A stretch of DNA of 64,000 bases from Selaginella moellendorffii (lineage: Eukaryota; Plantae; Lycopodiophyta). Made by a program: the position numbers and the translations under genes. Below, one piece after another: positions 1-10,493 of this stretch; position 1 is the first letter of the stretch, and each line of letters starts with the position of its first letter. Where the stretch lies: the NCBI RefSeq assembly GCF_000143415.4, contig NW_003314449.1, positions 33,326 through 97,325 of the forward strand, given 5' to 3'. Under the pieces are notes generated by a model. That model made no database searches. It had not been told where the DNA came from and saw nothing but the letters and a program-made list of their open reading frames with translations.

Positions 1-41
1 CACCTTGAAATAAAATACATTAGAAACTTAGTAAAGGAATA

Positions 42-3000
42 TCAATGAATCTCACCTTGAACCCGGGTTATGAATGCTCTTGCTGCATCTCTTGCATGGT
101 CTGGAAAGGTGATGGTGGCACTCTGCTTCCGCATCCAACCATGCACAACATTATCCACTGATATGCTCATGCTGGGATCCCTTGGATTCAGCACCCATCT
201 CTTTTCTAGGCAATCCTTCGTATATCCAGAACTTGGCTTGAACCACTCCACAGTTACATTGAAGGAGTTAGTTTCCGCGTCCTCCTCTGCATCAGTGATG
301 CAGCGCCCCACCCATATCATTTGTTTTTTATTACTGGGTCTGACAAGCACGACCATTCCTTTGCAGACCTGTACTGGATTGAATGCTGAATCCGGCTTCT
401 TGTTCCTCGGCCCACAATAGTGATCCTCAACATCGTTATCTGTCACTGCATTTCCAGAGGACATTGTTCCGCTACTATCTGGTGCTCTGGGTTCTAGCCA
501 AAAGGACTCTTCCAATTCTTCATATACAACCGGCCCATTTTGGATAGCAGATATAATCTTCTCCCAGTATTCGAGCAAAGGCTTGCACCTCTTAAAATAG
601 GATTCTCCACCAAACACCAACCCCCTCTTCCAGAAGGCAATATGCTGTCTAATCCCGGCCACTATACTTTCCTGGTCTTTGAGTCCATCCGGGTGCATCG
701 GCCGTGGGGAACCCTGAGGAATCATAGGTTCCCCAGTTATGGGATCTCTCTTGAAGAGTTCAATGCCGTCCACTGGCAGCCACACTGTATCCCATTCTCT
801 CATCTTGTACCTCATCACTGGAGCACCGTCACGCATGCTGAAATGAAACTGAAGAGGCTTGGAGTGGCCAATCAGCATTTTGGATCCGTCCCTGATGTAG
901 CCTCTTACAAACCCCTTAAAGTCTGGAACCTCTGTCACAAGTGCAGCTTCAACAGTGCCTTTGATGCAATTTTGGAATTCATCGTAGAGTTGTGGGAGGG
1001 TGAGGACATTGGATCGCCGGAGGGACTCTGCCAGGTGACTGAACATGGCATCGACGTCTTCATGAGTGTGCCCAACCATGAGAAAGCCAAGTGTAACCGT
1101 TTCAAATATGCCTTTGGCAACAAGCATCACCAAGTACGCGAAGACGTACATGTTTTTGTTCTCACTGCCAGCATTGTCTGTTTGGAGCAGAAGATGGGGT
1201 GGAAGGCCACATCGGCCGCAAGAACTTCCTTGAGATTCTGCTTCGTTTGGATGAGGCTGTGCATTCACCGGGCGACCAGCCTCGTCGGAATGGCATGAGG
1301 CCTCACGTGATAACCCTACAATCTGACGGCCAAAATATTCACTGGGATGGCATGGGGCCCCACGCGATACTGCAAGCCTTTGCTCCTCCTCCAGCTGAAC
1401 CCTGTATGGGGTTCGATCGACAAGGGCCTTATGCAAGGGTTGGCCGTTCAGCTCAGTCTGCGCACTTTGCAGTGACCTTAAGTGTTTTGCTAGGGACGCA
1501 ATCATCATGTTTGCACCCCCGCCACCCCATAGAGGTACAAAGAAGTTCCCATAGTTCTGGGCACCATGCCCATGAGCGATTATGCCAAACAGAGACACAG
1601 GCAGTTGCATGGATGAAGAGATTGCCTTGGGGGCAGGATTGAGTCGAGGTAAGCACGTCTTTTTCTGATCCATTTTGTCGTGGATGATGCAGAGGTAAGA
1701 GTCAGGTCTCTCCATGGAGAGAATCCTGTTATGATAATATGCAGTCCTGCAGCTTCTCTGCTTGATGTTGTGGTCGAGCCGCCTTCTAACCAACGTCTCT
1801 CGCTCTTGAGCGCTGCAAGAATTCTTCGACAAAGCCATTTTGATAGCAGTGCACTCGTCACACTTTGAAAAGCTGGAGTACTTTCCTATACTCACATCCC
1901 TGAACCTGTTGCTCCACAATCTACTAAATCTAGATTGGCTCAGCTTCCTGTAGCCATTACTCTGGAGTTCCCGATTCACATCTTCCAATATGGCCCCCTT
2001 GGTATACATGGAAGGGAGAACTCGTTGGGTGTCTCGTGTTCCATCTTCCAAGAGGCGGGTTTTATGTGGTTGCTGCTCGCTACATGTCTCGACAAACCTC
2101 TTGAAGATTGCCTCTCCATATACAACATGACCCCTGGTTTTGTGCGTACCGTCGTTCCCATGGACTGCCTGTTGAACCCTTTGTTCCTCGAACTCAGTTT
2201 TGATTCTGTAGAATGTGGTTCGAGGGACTCCATAAATGATTCTCCATGCCTTCATGCAGACCAAACCCCTCTGGAAGACCATGCCCCCCACCTGATGTTC
2301 TGAAGCATCAACAGATGACCGTAATGCCTCATACACAAAATTGCGAGCTGCCTTCCAGAACAATGTCTTGTATCTTGCTCTCTCCTCTTCAATAGCATCC
2401 CAATCAGCATGTTGACAGCACCTCCTCTTGCAACAAGCAACTGTCGAAACCATTCGAACCTCCATCGCCATTTTCTGCCTTTTCGGTTCGTTGCTCAGAT
2501 CCCTTTGGCTGCGCTGTAGGAAGGTGTACTTTCTTTTCCCATGAAGAGATGTTCTGTCATCAGTTGTAGTGGTGTTTGATTGTGAATCCTTCACATTCTC
2601 AAACACTAAATGCCTCAATTTCCACCGCACAATGCTTCCAATAGTCAGACTGTTTTCTTCTGTGTCAACAACCTCTAAAATCGCAACTCCAATATCATCC
2701 CAGCCCAATTCTTGATTAGCAACTGCATCTCTTGGATCGACAACTGTGGCTAAGCCCTCAGCTACCACCTCCCCCTCGGGGTTGTTTAGAAACACCTTTG
2801 CCTGAATCCATGTAGCACGGTTCTTAAGATCCACGGAGGGAACATGCGTCGCACTTGCGCTGTCCCCAACATCTGCTTTCTTCTGCACATTTTTCAAGGC
2901 AACAACAACATTTACCCCGACGACCATCTCTCCTCGTTCAATAGCGACCACATTCCCATCGAAGACAGTCTCTACTGATACAGCAGCATTGCCTTCCCCA

Positions 3001-3110
3001 AGCCTTTGACAGTGTATAACAAAGTTCCGATCCATAGACACAAGGGTCCCTTTTGCAACTCTCTTCCCACCATTCAAAATGTAAACCTTTTCCCCAACCC
3101 TGAAGGCCAT
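42..3110 (-). CDS. DDD/E transposase, DUF7869/Sola1-like, 1022 aa, intact ORF
   Basis: Catalytic-type motifs IIHDKMDQ, LQTDNAGSENKN and FLMVGHTHEDVDAMFS. Cys motifs CCKRRCC and FSKCDEC. Two N-terminal VAxG..LG repeats resembling Tnp1/En-Spm (DUF8039-like) domains, and a C-terminal beta-rich BAH-like segment. Confidence 0.85.
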   Translation of the reverse strand: MAFRVGEKVYILNGGKRVAKGTLVSMDRNFVIHCQRLGEGNAAVSVETVFDGNVVAIERGEMVVGVNVVVALKNVQKKADVGDSASATHVPSVDLKNRATWIQAKVFLNNPEGEVVAEGLATVVDPRDAVANQELGWDDIGVAILEVVDTEENSLTIGSIVRWKLRHLVFENVKDSQSNTTTTDDRTSLHGKRKYTFLQRSQRDLSNEPKRQKMAMEVRMVSTVACCKRRCCQHADWDAIEEERARYKTLFWKAARNFVYEALRSSVDASEHQVGGMVFQRGLVCMKAWRIIYGVPRTTFYRIKTEFEEQRVQQAVHGNDGTHKTRGHVVYGEAIFKRFVETCSEQQPHKTRLLEDGTRDTQRVLPSMYTKGAILEDVNRELQSNGYRKLSQSRFSRLWSNRFRDVSIGKYSSFSKCDECTAIKMALSKNSCSAQERETLVRRRLDHNIKQRSCRTAYYHNRILSMERPDSYLCIIHDKMDQKKTCLPRLNPAPKAISSSMQLPVSLFGIIAHGHGAQNYGNFFVPLWGGGGANMMIASLAKHLRSLQSAQTELNGQPLHKALVDRTPYRVQLEEEQRLAVSRGAPCHPSEYFGRQIVGLSREASCHSDEAGRPVNAQPHPNEAESQGSSCGRCGLPPHLLLQTDNAGSENKNMYVFAYLVMLVAKGIFETVTLGFLMVGHTHEDVDAMFSHLAESLRRSNVLTLPQLYDEFQNCIKGTVEAALVTEVPDFKGFVRGYIRDGSKMLIGHSKPLQFHFSMRDGAPVMRYKMREWDTVWLPVDGIELFKRDPITGEPMIPQGSPRPMHPDGLKDQESIVAGIRQHIAFWKRGLVFGGESYFKRCKPLLEYWEKIISAIQNGPVVYEELEESFWLEPRAPDSSGTMSSGNAVTDNDVEDHYCGPRNKKPDSAFNPVQVCKGMVVLVRPSNKKQMIWVGRCITDAEEDAETNSFNVTVEWFKPSSGYTKDCLEKRWVLNPRDPSMSISVDNVVHGWMRKQSATITFPDHARDAARAFITRVQGEIH

Positions 3111-3111
3111 T

Positions 3112-3421
3112 CTGAAAGTGCAGAAAAGAAGTTAAGACCATACAAAAAATGATTGGAGAATGGCCTAAATCATAACATACCAAACAACCTCAATAGCATG
3201 AGGCCACATGCCATTATTCAAACATGCTATTGACACCCACATGAAATTTCGCATTCACAAAATTGGCATGAGGCCTCATGCCATCTTGATATACACACAG
3301 CTGCAGGCAAGTAAAAACATACATGACAATACGCTAGCCATGAAATTGCAAGGGCCCAAGATGGCATGTGGCCTCATGCCATTTCTAAATGTGGTCCTAA
3401 ACCATTCCATGGTGAACATAC
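3112..3421 (-). other. Predicted 5'-UTR intron of the transposase gene, containing three 22-bp palindromes
   Basis: On the minus strand, donor CTG|GTATGT at 3421 and a pyrimidine-rich TTTCAG acceptor one base before the ATG. Both are conserved in copy 2 (21523-21832). Palindromes at 3193, 3263 and 3361. Confidence 0.6.
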
Positions 3422-3475
3422 CAGGAAGCACAAGTGCCGAATATCAAGAGGAAGCGGTAGCCACACCAAAGACAG

Positions 3476-3547
3476 TGCCGCTCGCAACACCGCAACTACT
3501 CGTAGCGCCGCTCACAACACCGCAACTGCTCGTAGCGCCGCTCGCAC
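3476..3547. repeat. 30-bp tandem repeat (about 2.4 units) in the GC-rich transposase leader
   Basis: GCCGCTCGCAACACCGCAACT(A/G)CTCGTAGC repeated; also present in copy 2. Confidence 0.75.
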
Positions 3548-4405
3548 AAACTGCCACTCGCATAAACTGCCGCTCGCAATGGCGCTCGCAATGCCGCAAC
3601 CGCTTGTAGACGCATAAACCACAGCTCACAACGCCGCTTACACAAGCAGCGCTCACTGCGCTCAGCGGAACCAAGAACACGGCACACAAAAATGATAGAC
3701 CTAGGAATGAGTTCGAGAATTCAAAAATAACACACGCTTGAATGTCACATCAAATCCTCTGACAAACCAAATCTTATGATTCCTCTGACAAATTTCAAAC
3801 TGAGTAGCTTCTAGACTTTGCTGTCGGAGGTTGAACTTTGTCACATCATGTCCTTGCCTCGATCCAGCTGTGCCATGTCAGTGATTCGAACTTTGCCATG
3901 CCATGTCAGCGATCCGCGCCAAGATTATTCGCTGTGTAAAGGAATAATTATGCTGTGTGTGTACGTCCATTTATGGCAATATAAGGCCACACGCCATTCA
4001 AAGAATAATGCTAGTCGAGCATTTTTTGGTGCATTTTTGGGTTCAAAATTGCATGAGCCCACACGCTATAAAGTTTACCTGTACCAAAAATAGAAACAGC
4101 TTTATTTACTTGGGAATTTAAGTGGTTGAGGCATTTTTAAACTTACAAACACATGCCCTACTTACATTCCTTTGGTTGCTTAAAATTCAAAAATATTATA
4201 AACCTTTTTTTTTGCATTTTCAATGTTTTCAATTATGGTTTTTGATTTTCGCAGGACCAGCCTAGTAATCTATTTGCATCCCGTCATGTTTATAGCTAGC
4301 TTTCGTTTGTCCCCTTCGCTGGCCTGAGATACATCTGCTCGGAATCTGCCTCTTACAGCATTTGCCCAGAAAGGGCATCTTTCTTCACGCAGCATTTGCC
4401 ACATG

Positions 4406-4437
4406 TTTAGGGTTAGGGTTTAGGGTTTAGGGTTTAG
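4406..4437 (+). repeat. Short plant telomeric/telo-box tract (TTTAGGG)n between the divergent genes
   Basis: TTTAGGG TTAGGG TTTAGGG TTTAGGG TTTAG. Confidence 0.85.
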
Positions 4438-5679
4438 CAATTCAGTAGCTTGATAAACATGCAAATACAGAACTTGATGCAAAATCCTTTGATATGTCAC
4501 AATGCCCCTAGGACCATAAACACATTTCAATAGAGAGGGTCCTTTCATTTCATAACTCCTTACGTAGATCTTGGTGAAACCAGAGTTAGTGAAGTTGGTT
4601 TCTTGTGATCCCGCATCTGATTGTGATGTCCCTTTGCAGTGTCGATGGAAAGGTCAATGCACACCAAACTGTAGAATCTTGGAGCAAAATAACGGTCGGA
4701 TCTATGGCAAATGCCCCTGAAACATTGTAAGGCTCGTGTGGTCTCATGTGGTGTCCGATCGAGATGCTTCTTTGCAGGGTCATCAAGAAGGACATTGTAT
4801 ACCGTTCTGTAAAATATAGTTGCGATCTAACGGTTGGATCTCCAGGAAACTCAAAACAATCTCGCGCGTGTCAGAATATTCTAGGAATATACTCCTATGT
4901 GCTCTTGAAAATGGCATGCGGCCCCACGCCATTCAAGAGATAATGCCAGATGACGCCGAGCATTTTTTGGTGCATTTTTTGGGATCAAAATTGCATGAGC
5001 CCACACGCTTGAACGTCACATCAAATCCTCTGACAATTTATTTAGCTGAACATCTAGCATTTTTGGAAATACAAGATGCTTTGGAATATCCAATCATGCA
5101 TAATATAAATATAGCGAGGGTATTAAATGATATCCCAATCATGATCTTTCTTTTGGATTTCGCGTGCATGCAGTCCGAGGAATGATGACGTTGCGGATTT
5201 CTTTTGGATTTCACGCATGCATGCGCCGATCCAGAAATTAATGGTGGCGCCCAAGTCCAAGGAATGATGACATGGCGGGATTACCAACCGTCGTGACATT
5301 TCGCACGTGTGAGGTTAGGTTTTGCATTTTGCTTCGTACTCGCGCTCGCACACTCGCGCTCGCATCGCGCTCCCACTCGCGCTCCCACTTCTCTACAGGT
5401 TTCTCGTGTGCATCGGCGTCCACTCGCGCTTGCATCACACTCGCGCTCGCATCGCGCTCGTGTGCATCGGCGTCCATTTCAAGACACACCCAGTTTGTAA
5501 CTTCGCCGCCAACTCCGCCGCCCACTCCGCCACCCACACGCAGCCCACTTGGCGTCCCGGGAGATTTCAGCGCCACTCTCCAACTGTAAGTGGCAGAGTA
5601 GCCTTGCTGCTATGATCCGCTGCACACACAGTGCACATTCGCCAGCAAGTCCGGTTGTCACGCCTCCATTCGGCTTCAA

Positions 5680-8614
5680 ATGGTAAGTCTTTAGGCCAAG
5701 TAGAAAATGGCATGAGGCTACATGCCATTCAGTAGCAACATTGGCATGCACCGATTGGGCTCTCGAGTGCAGTCCGGTTACAGATGGCGTGTAGCCTCAC
5801 GCCATCTTAGGATGCAGCCTCAAGACATCTGATACAGTGGTGAATGGCGTGTGGCCTCACGTTATTTCCAGCTACTAGCTTTTCATCTGTCAGCTCTAAT
5901 TGTTGTGCATTTCTGAACAGGCAAGGAATTGCGTTCTTCTTCCAGCCACTGTCAATGTGGATGCAGAGAAGGGGGAGGAGCTCACCAGTTGGACTTTCGG
6001 GATGGAAGGCGAGGATCTGAGGCTGTACAACACAGATGGTGGGAGAAAAGAATGCATGGGGATCCTCATCCAAGTGACAGACACTCCATGCAGTTCCATG
6101 CAAGAATATGGACTGGCACTTTTGGTAGAGACAGCGTCTGCCTTCAAGATCCACCTTGCACATCCTAGCGGCTTCCCGGAGGGGGGCAGCGGCTATGAGG
6201 AATTCCTAGAGGGAGCTAGGGAGAGGTTGTCCAGGAGGCCCACAATTTCAAAGACGCTACGGGTCTATGAAGATCACATGGAATCCACGGACCTCACCTA
6301 CGGCGATGTTCAAAAACTATATTCCAACATTGAGCCGTTGAGAGTGACTCCAGTTCGCGAAGCAAAGGGGAAGGGGGTCGATCTGGAAACTACCTCGAAG
6401 CAGAAAAGGGTGGTCAAGCTCAAGCCGACGTCCGACTCTCCTGCTCCAAAAAAGAAGCTACTCAGTGATGCCATTGCCTCGGGTTCGAACACTACACCCA
6501 CCAAAAAGAAGAGCCGCAAAGAGCAGAAAGAGCAAGAAGAGGCAGCAAAAATCGTCGCAGATAATAGTACTTGTTACTATTCCAACAAAGTATATACAAT
6601 CGACGTGAGCCGTATCGACATCCAAAGCAAATACAACCACAGGCTAGTATCTGATGAGTGGGTGGAGAAATTGAAGCAGAAGATGCTGGCAAGTCCAGTA
6701 ACACCCGACATCGCAGACGTGATCCCCTACTACCAAAAAATGAAGGGCGAGATGAGGTTTCCAGACTTGATCAATAGGAAGGTGTTGGACGATCAGAACA
6801 TCCGGTTCTATGCCGTCTCCGGGCAGCATTCTAGCTTGGCGATGCAAGAGATAGTTGTGGATATTATGGTGGGCGAGGAGGTGAAGAAAGTCTTCAAGAC
6901 AAGAGTTGTTCGCCTGATAAAAGGCAACTCGCCCCTCCGATCTATCATATACATCTCCCATGCGCAGAATGTCAAGCAAGAAACGTGCTACAAATCGGGT
7001 CTGCACGAGACATTGGCACGAACACGGAAGCTCTGGGTTCAACTGAAGAAGCCACAAAAACCAGGACAAGGACGTGCACTAGCAACTAGCGCCTGGCAGG
7101 TAAGCCTCGTTGTATGTGGCATAGCATGTGGCCTCACGCCATTTCCATTGCAGGAATTCTCGAGTCTTCTCTCGAAAACACTGGGGGTCAATGACACACT
7201 CAGCATCCATAACATTCTACTCGCGACAAAAGTTGTTTTTGACAAATGGGTAGATGTGCTGAGGAGGTACCATGACGGGGAGTTGCCAAACTCAATGGGT
7301 GTGGAGGACGGCCGGAAGCCCAATGATTTGAAGCTCAACGCCTTGCATTTCTCGCGGTCTCTAGACGACGACGACCTTCTGACAGTGGCTAATGCTCTTC
7401 TACGTGGTGAGGTAGTCTTCAACAAGACCAAAATGACTCCCGGCCATATTGTGACATACGAGGACTTGTGCACGACTCTGAGAGCTCGTGCGCTATTGAA
7501 GGATTGGATCTTCGAGCAAGTGGCCGTGGAGAGGGTGAGCATCGACACCACGCAAGAGATGATGGAAGCGCTGGAGTTGTCAAATGAAGACATCGACGAG
7601 TACGTGAAGGGGGCCCCCAAGTTCATCGATCTGCTGCGGGATGCCACGAAAAGTAAAGCTGAGAAGTTGGATCAGTATCCAAATTTCATTAATATTGATG
7701 TCGACCGCCGGCTTTAGAAACAGCTCGACCCCGCAGCAGAGGCCTATCGAGAACCTTACCGGGTATACTTGAATTCAGATGAGGATCAAAGGTGGAGGAG
7801 CATCGTTTCCCGCGGAGATGAGCAGGTCAAGAACATCTTTTGTGTGATGGACTTCACAAACGAGGAGATCACTCATGCAGACGAAGTCAGCTCCATCATT
7901 GACTTAATGGTGGGACTTGCGGAGGTGGAATCTTCAGTCCACTATATGATCTACGACTCCGAATCCTATCACAAGTTCTGGAAGGCCTTGAACGAGGTGA
8001 AGGCTCGGTTGAAAGGCAAGGAGATGCGGGAGATCCATGGGATAATGGCTAAGAAGAAGATACCGACGAATGTCCGCATCTTCACACTCGCCCTTGTTAT
8101 TGGTCCTGCAGCAGAGTGGGACTGGAGTGACTTCCCAGCTTCGTTCGACAAGGCCAATCGAATTGATTTGAGGGAGGTCAATTTACCCGTGCCTGAGGAA
8201 CTGAAGACGGCTATGGAGCTTTCGAATCCAAAGAAAGCTCCAGGTGCAGCATGGGAAATGCTCAGCTGGGTCTTCAACGCAATAGCGGGTGGGTCACCTG
8301 CTTCCGACTCCAAGGGCAAATGCATTGTCGAGTACAACTGCGGCGGACTATTCTTTCGAGCCGCACTACTCAAGGGTGTCCCGTGTGTTGCGGTGACAAA
8401 CTCCATTGAAGAGGTGACTTCAATGGAGCATATAATTACAGTTGCCAAAGAAAAACAGTATCTTCTCTGCGAACCTGGTGAGTATGCACTTTAAGTTTAA
8501 ATGTTATCTCACAAGCTCTGTATGCAGGAGCGTGGCCACCCCCAGATGCTGAAATGGCGTTAACAGCTACTATTGAAGATACCCATGTTGGGCCGAGCTC
8601 ACAACCTGCACAAG
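5680..8614 (+). pseudogene. Cargo gene 2, 5' part: ParB-like domain plus degenerate DNA-methyltransferase-like domain; one premature stop in this copy
   Basis: ATG|GTAAGT at 5680, intron 5683-5920, then in-frame ARNCVLLP. GT-AG introns at 7100-7153 and 8478-8527. TAG at 7715-7717 is CAG in copy 2, which joins ORFs 5900-7717 and 7769-8494. Motifs IDVSRIDI..HRLVSDEWVEKLK..FYAVSGQHS (ParB-like) and KCIVEYNCGGLFFRAALLKGVPCVAV (MTase-like). Confidence 0.6.
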
Positions 8615-8624
8615 GTAAGGTCAC

Positions 8625-10075
8625 ATGCATATGGATCCGCCAGTGGACTCTACTTGGCTGCAAGAGTCATCAGAGCTGGTGGAGGCTACTATCCATATCA
8701 ACGCCAAGCAAGCTGACCACGCTCCACTTGATGCTGCCCATACCACTGAGTCAATCTTGTCCACGTATCCAACTGACGGTGACCAGGCGCCATTGGACCC
8801 ACATGAGGCCGCCCCAGCCGCCGAGCCGGTCGTATCCTCATTTCCAACGGACTCAACGTGTGCCCAATCGTTTGACTACGCGCCGTTGGAACCTCCCTAC
8901 ACCGCCCCTGCTGCCTGTTCGGTCATGTCCACTTTGCCAACGGAGGCACCAGCTGAAATGGCGTGTGATCACACGCCATCGGAACCACCCCATGCCACTG
9001 TTGAGCCAGTTGTACCAGAGTCTACAGCTGAAATGGCATGTGCCCACACGCCATCGGATGCGATTGACCCCACATTGCAGAGGAGAGTATTTCCGCCCTT
9101 CACGTTTCCTCGACCAAAACCCTCTCAACGACCATCGGGAGCAACATTCGCTAATATTGTAGATGGTAAAATTGACTTGTACCATTTTTTATGCTGACGC
9201 ATTTCATTTCAGAGTCACGGCGAAGGTACTGTATCGTTTTTGATCTGAACGGTGTCCTTTTCTCCCATGAGCGTGGCTCGTCCTCGAATGTCATTGCACC
9301 CTCCAAAGCCTGCGGTCGCAAGTTGGTCAAAAGAGACAGATTCACATTAATCACACAGGAGAAACTGCGGGATCTAATAATGACCATGCGACACTTAAAA
9401 CAGAGGGCCGGGTTCAATTTGCAATTGGGAGTTTGGACATCCATGATGCGCCACAATGCATTAACATTGCTACAGATGATGCACGATCAGACGCGAGTAA
9501 TATTACCATTTGACTTTCTCCTAACGCAGGAGGATTGCTTGACTATGGTCCATGTGAGGGGTAGCAAGCCCATCTTCATCAAGCCAGAGGCTGTAGTGAT
9601 GAACCGGACTGCTAGCTCAAGTGAAATCCTCATCATCGATGACTCGCCGATTAAAACTGCAGCGAACACGCACACATATGCAGTGCACCCCATCTCTTGC
9701 AGTATGGAAACTAGGGAGAAGAAACCGTATGTTCTGGGGGACCTTGCAAAACGGCTTGGAGCGATGGTGATAGAGAACCGGCCAGTCCAGGAGGTGGCTG
9801 CAGAAATCAACCAAATGGCAGATGGAACGGTATATCAGAAGCCATTTGATCGGACAGACACCAGTCATCATTTATGGCATGTATATTGTCTAGCCAAGCA
9901 CTATCCGCATCTCCATAATCTGCTCAACCGGATGGGTTCTTCGACCACTGAACATGAGCGTGGACGTATTAGAGAAGAGATGGCATTACTATTGGGTTTA
10001 AATCCTGATAGTGTGGAGAGTGATGAAATTCCAAGATTATTGTATAGGCGTTGGAGGCAAAAAATAACAGTCTGA
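8625..10075 (+). CDS. Pro/Thr/Ala-rich linker spliced to an FCP1/NIF-family HAD phosphatase-like domain
   Basis: Removing the 47-nt GT-AG intron 9166-9212 joins ORF 8625-9197 in frame to ORF 9191-10075. Motifs IVFDLNGVL, LGVWTS, FLLTQEDC, KPIFIK and ILIIDDSPIK match the NIF (PF03031) DLNG subtype. The true 5' end is removed by a deletion in this copy. Confidence 0.75.
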
Positions 10076-10493
10076 GATGGCATGTATTTATTTAAAAATG
10101 TAACTTATTATGGTATGGGGTTCCATGCCATTGTATTAATATTAAAAGACAATTCTTTGAGAGGATTTGCATTATACTAGAAGTGTTACAGCATGTTATT
10201 GGAAGTCTACGAAGTTGTTTTATTAATAATGGGAAAGTAAAGATTGAATGGGGACTTGGGCTCCACCTAGACTCGGAGCAACTGAGCCAATATTAAAAGG
10301 ATGGAAAGAAATTGGACGACGATGACAAGGAGAAGAGAGAGGTGAAGCAGTGGCAGGGGGAGGAGAAGTGATTGAGTAGACATTTCCTTGTTTAAAATAA
10401 AATGGCATGTGCCTCAATGCAGTTGAATTTTGTTATATTTATATACTATATAAAGGTTTGGAAACCTTATTTTACAAGTGGGATAATGACAAT

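Noticed and set aside
1290-1370. An intron around the two palindromes inside the transposase ORF
   Set aside because: No convincing donor/acceptor pair and the frame is open; treated as a coding linker.
540-2303. Plus-strand ORFs of 120-250 aa overlapping the transposase, and similar antisense ORFs over gene 2
   Set aside because: Shadow ORFs opposite a long coding frame, with no recognisable motifs.
3193-3382. Clustered palindromes as a CRISPR array
   Set aside because: Irregular spacing, dispersal over 13 kb, eukaryotic context and no cas genes.
3208-3689. ORFs of 80-133 aa upstream of the transposase (PLATPQLLVA repeats)
   Set aside because: They come from the 30-bp tandem repeat in the leader and are open in several frames.
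4406-4437. True telomere or chromosome-fusion scar
   Set aside because: Fewer than five units, at the same internal position in two transposon copies.
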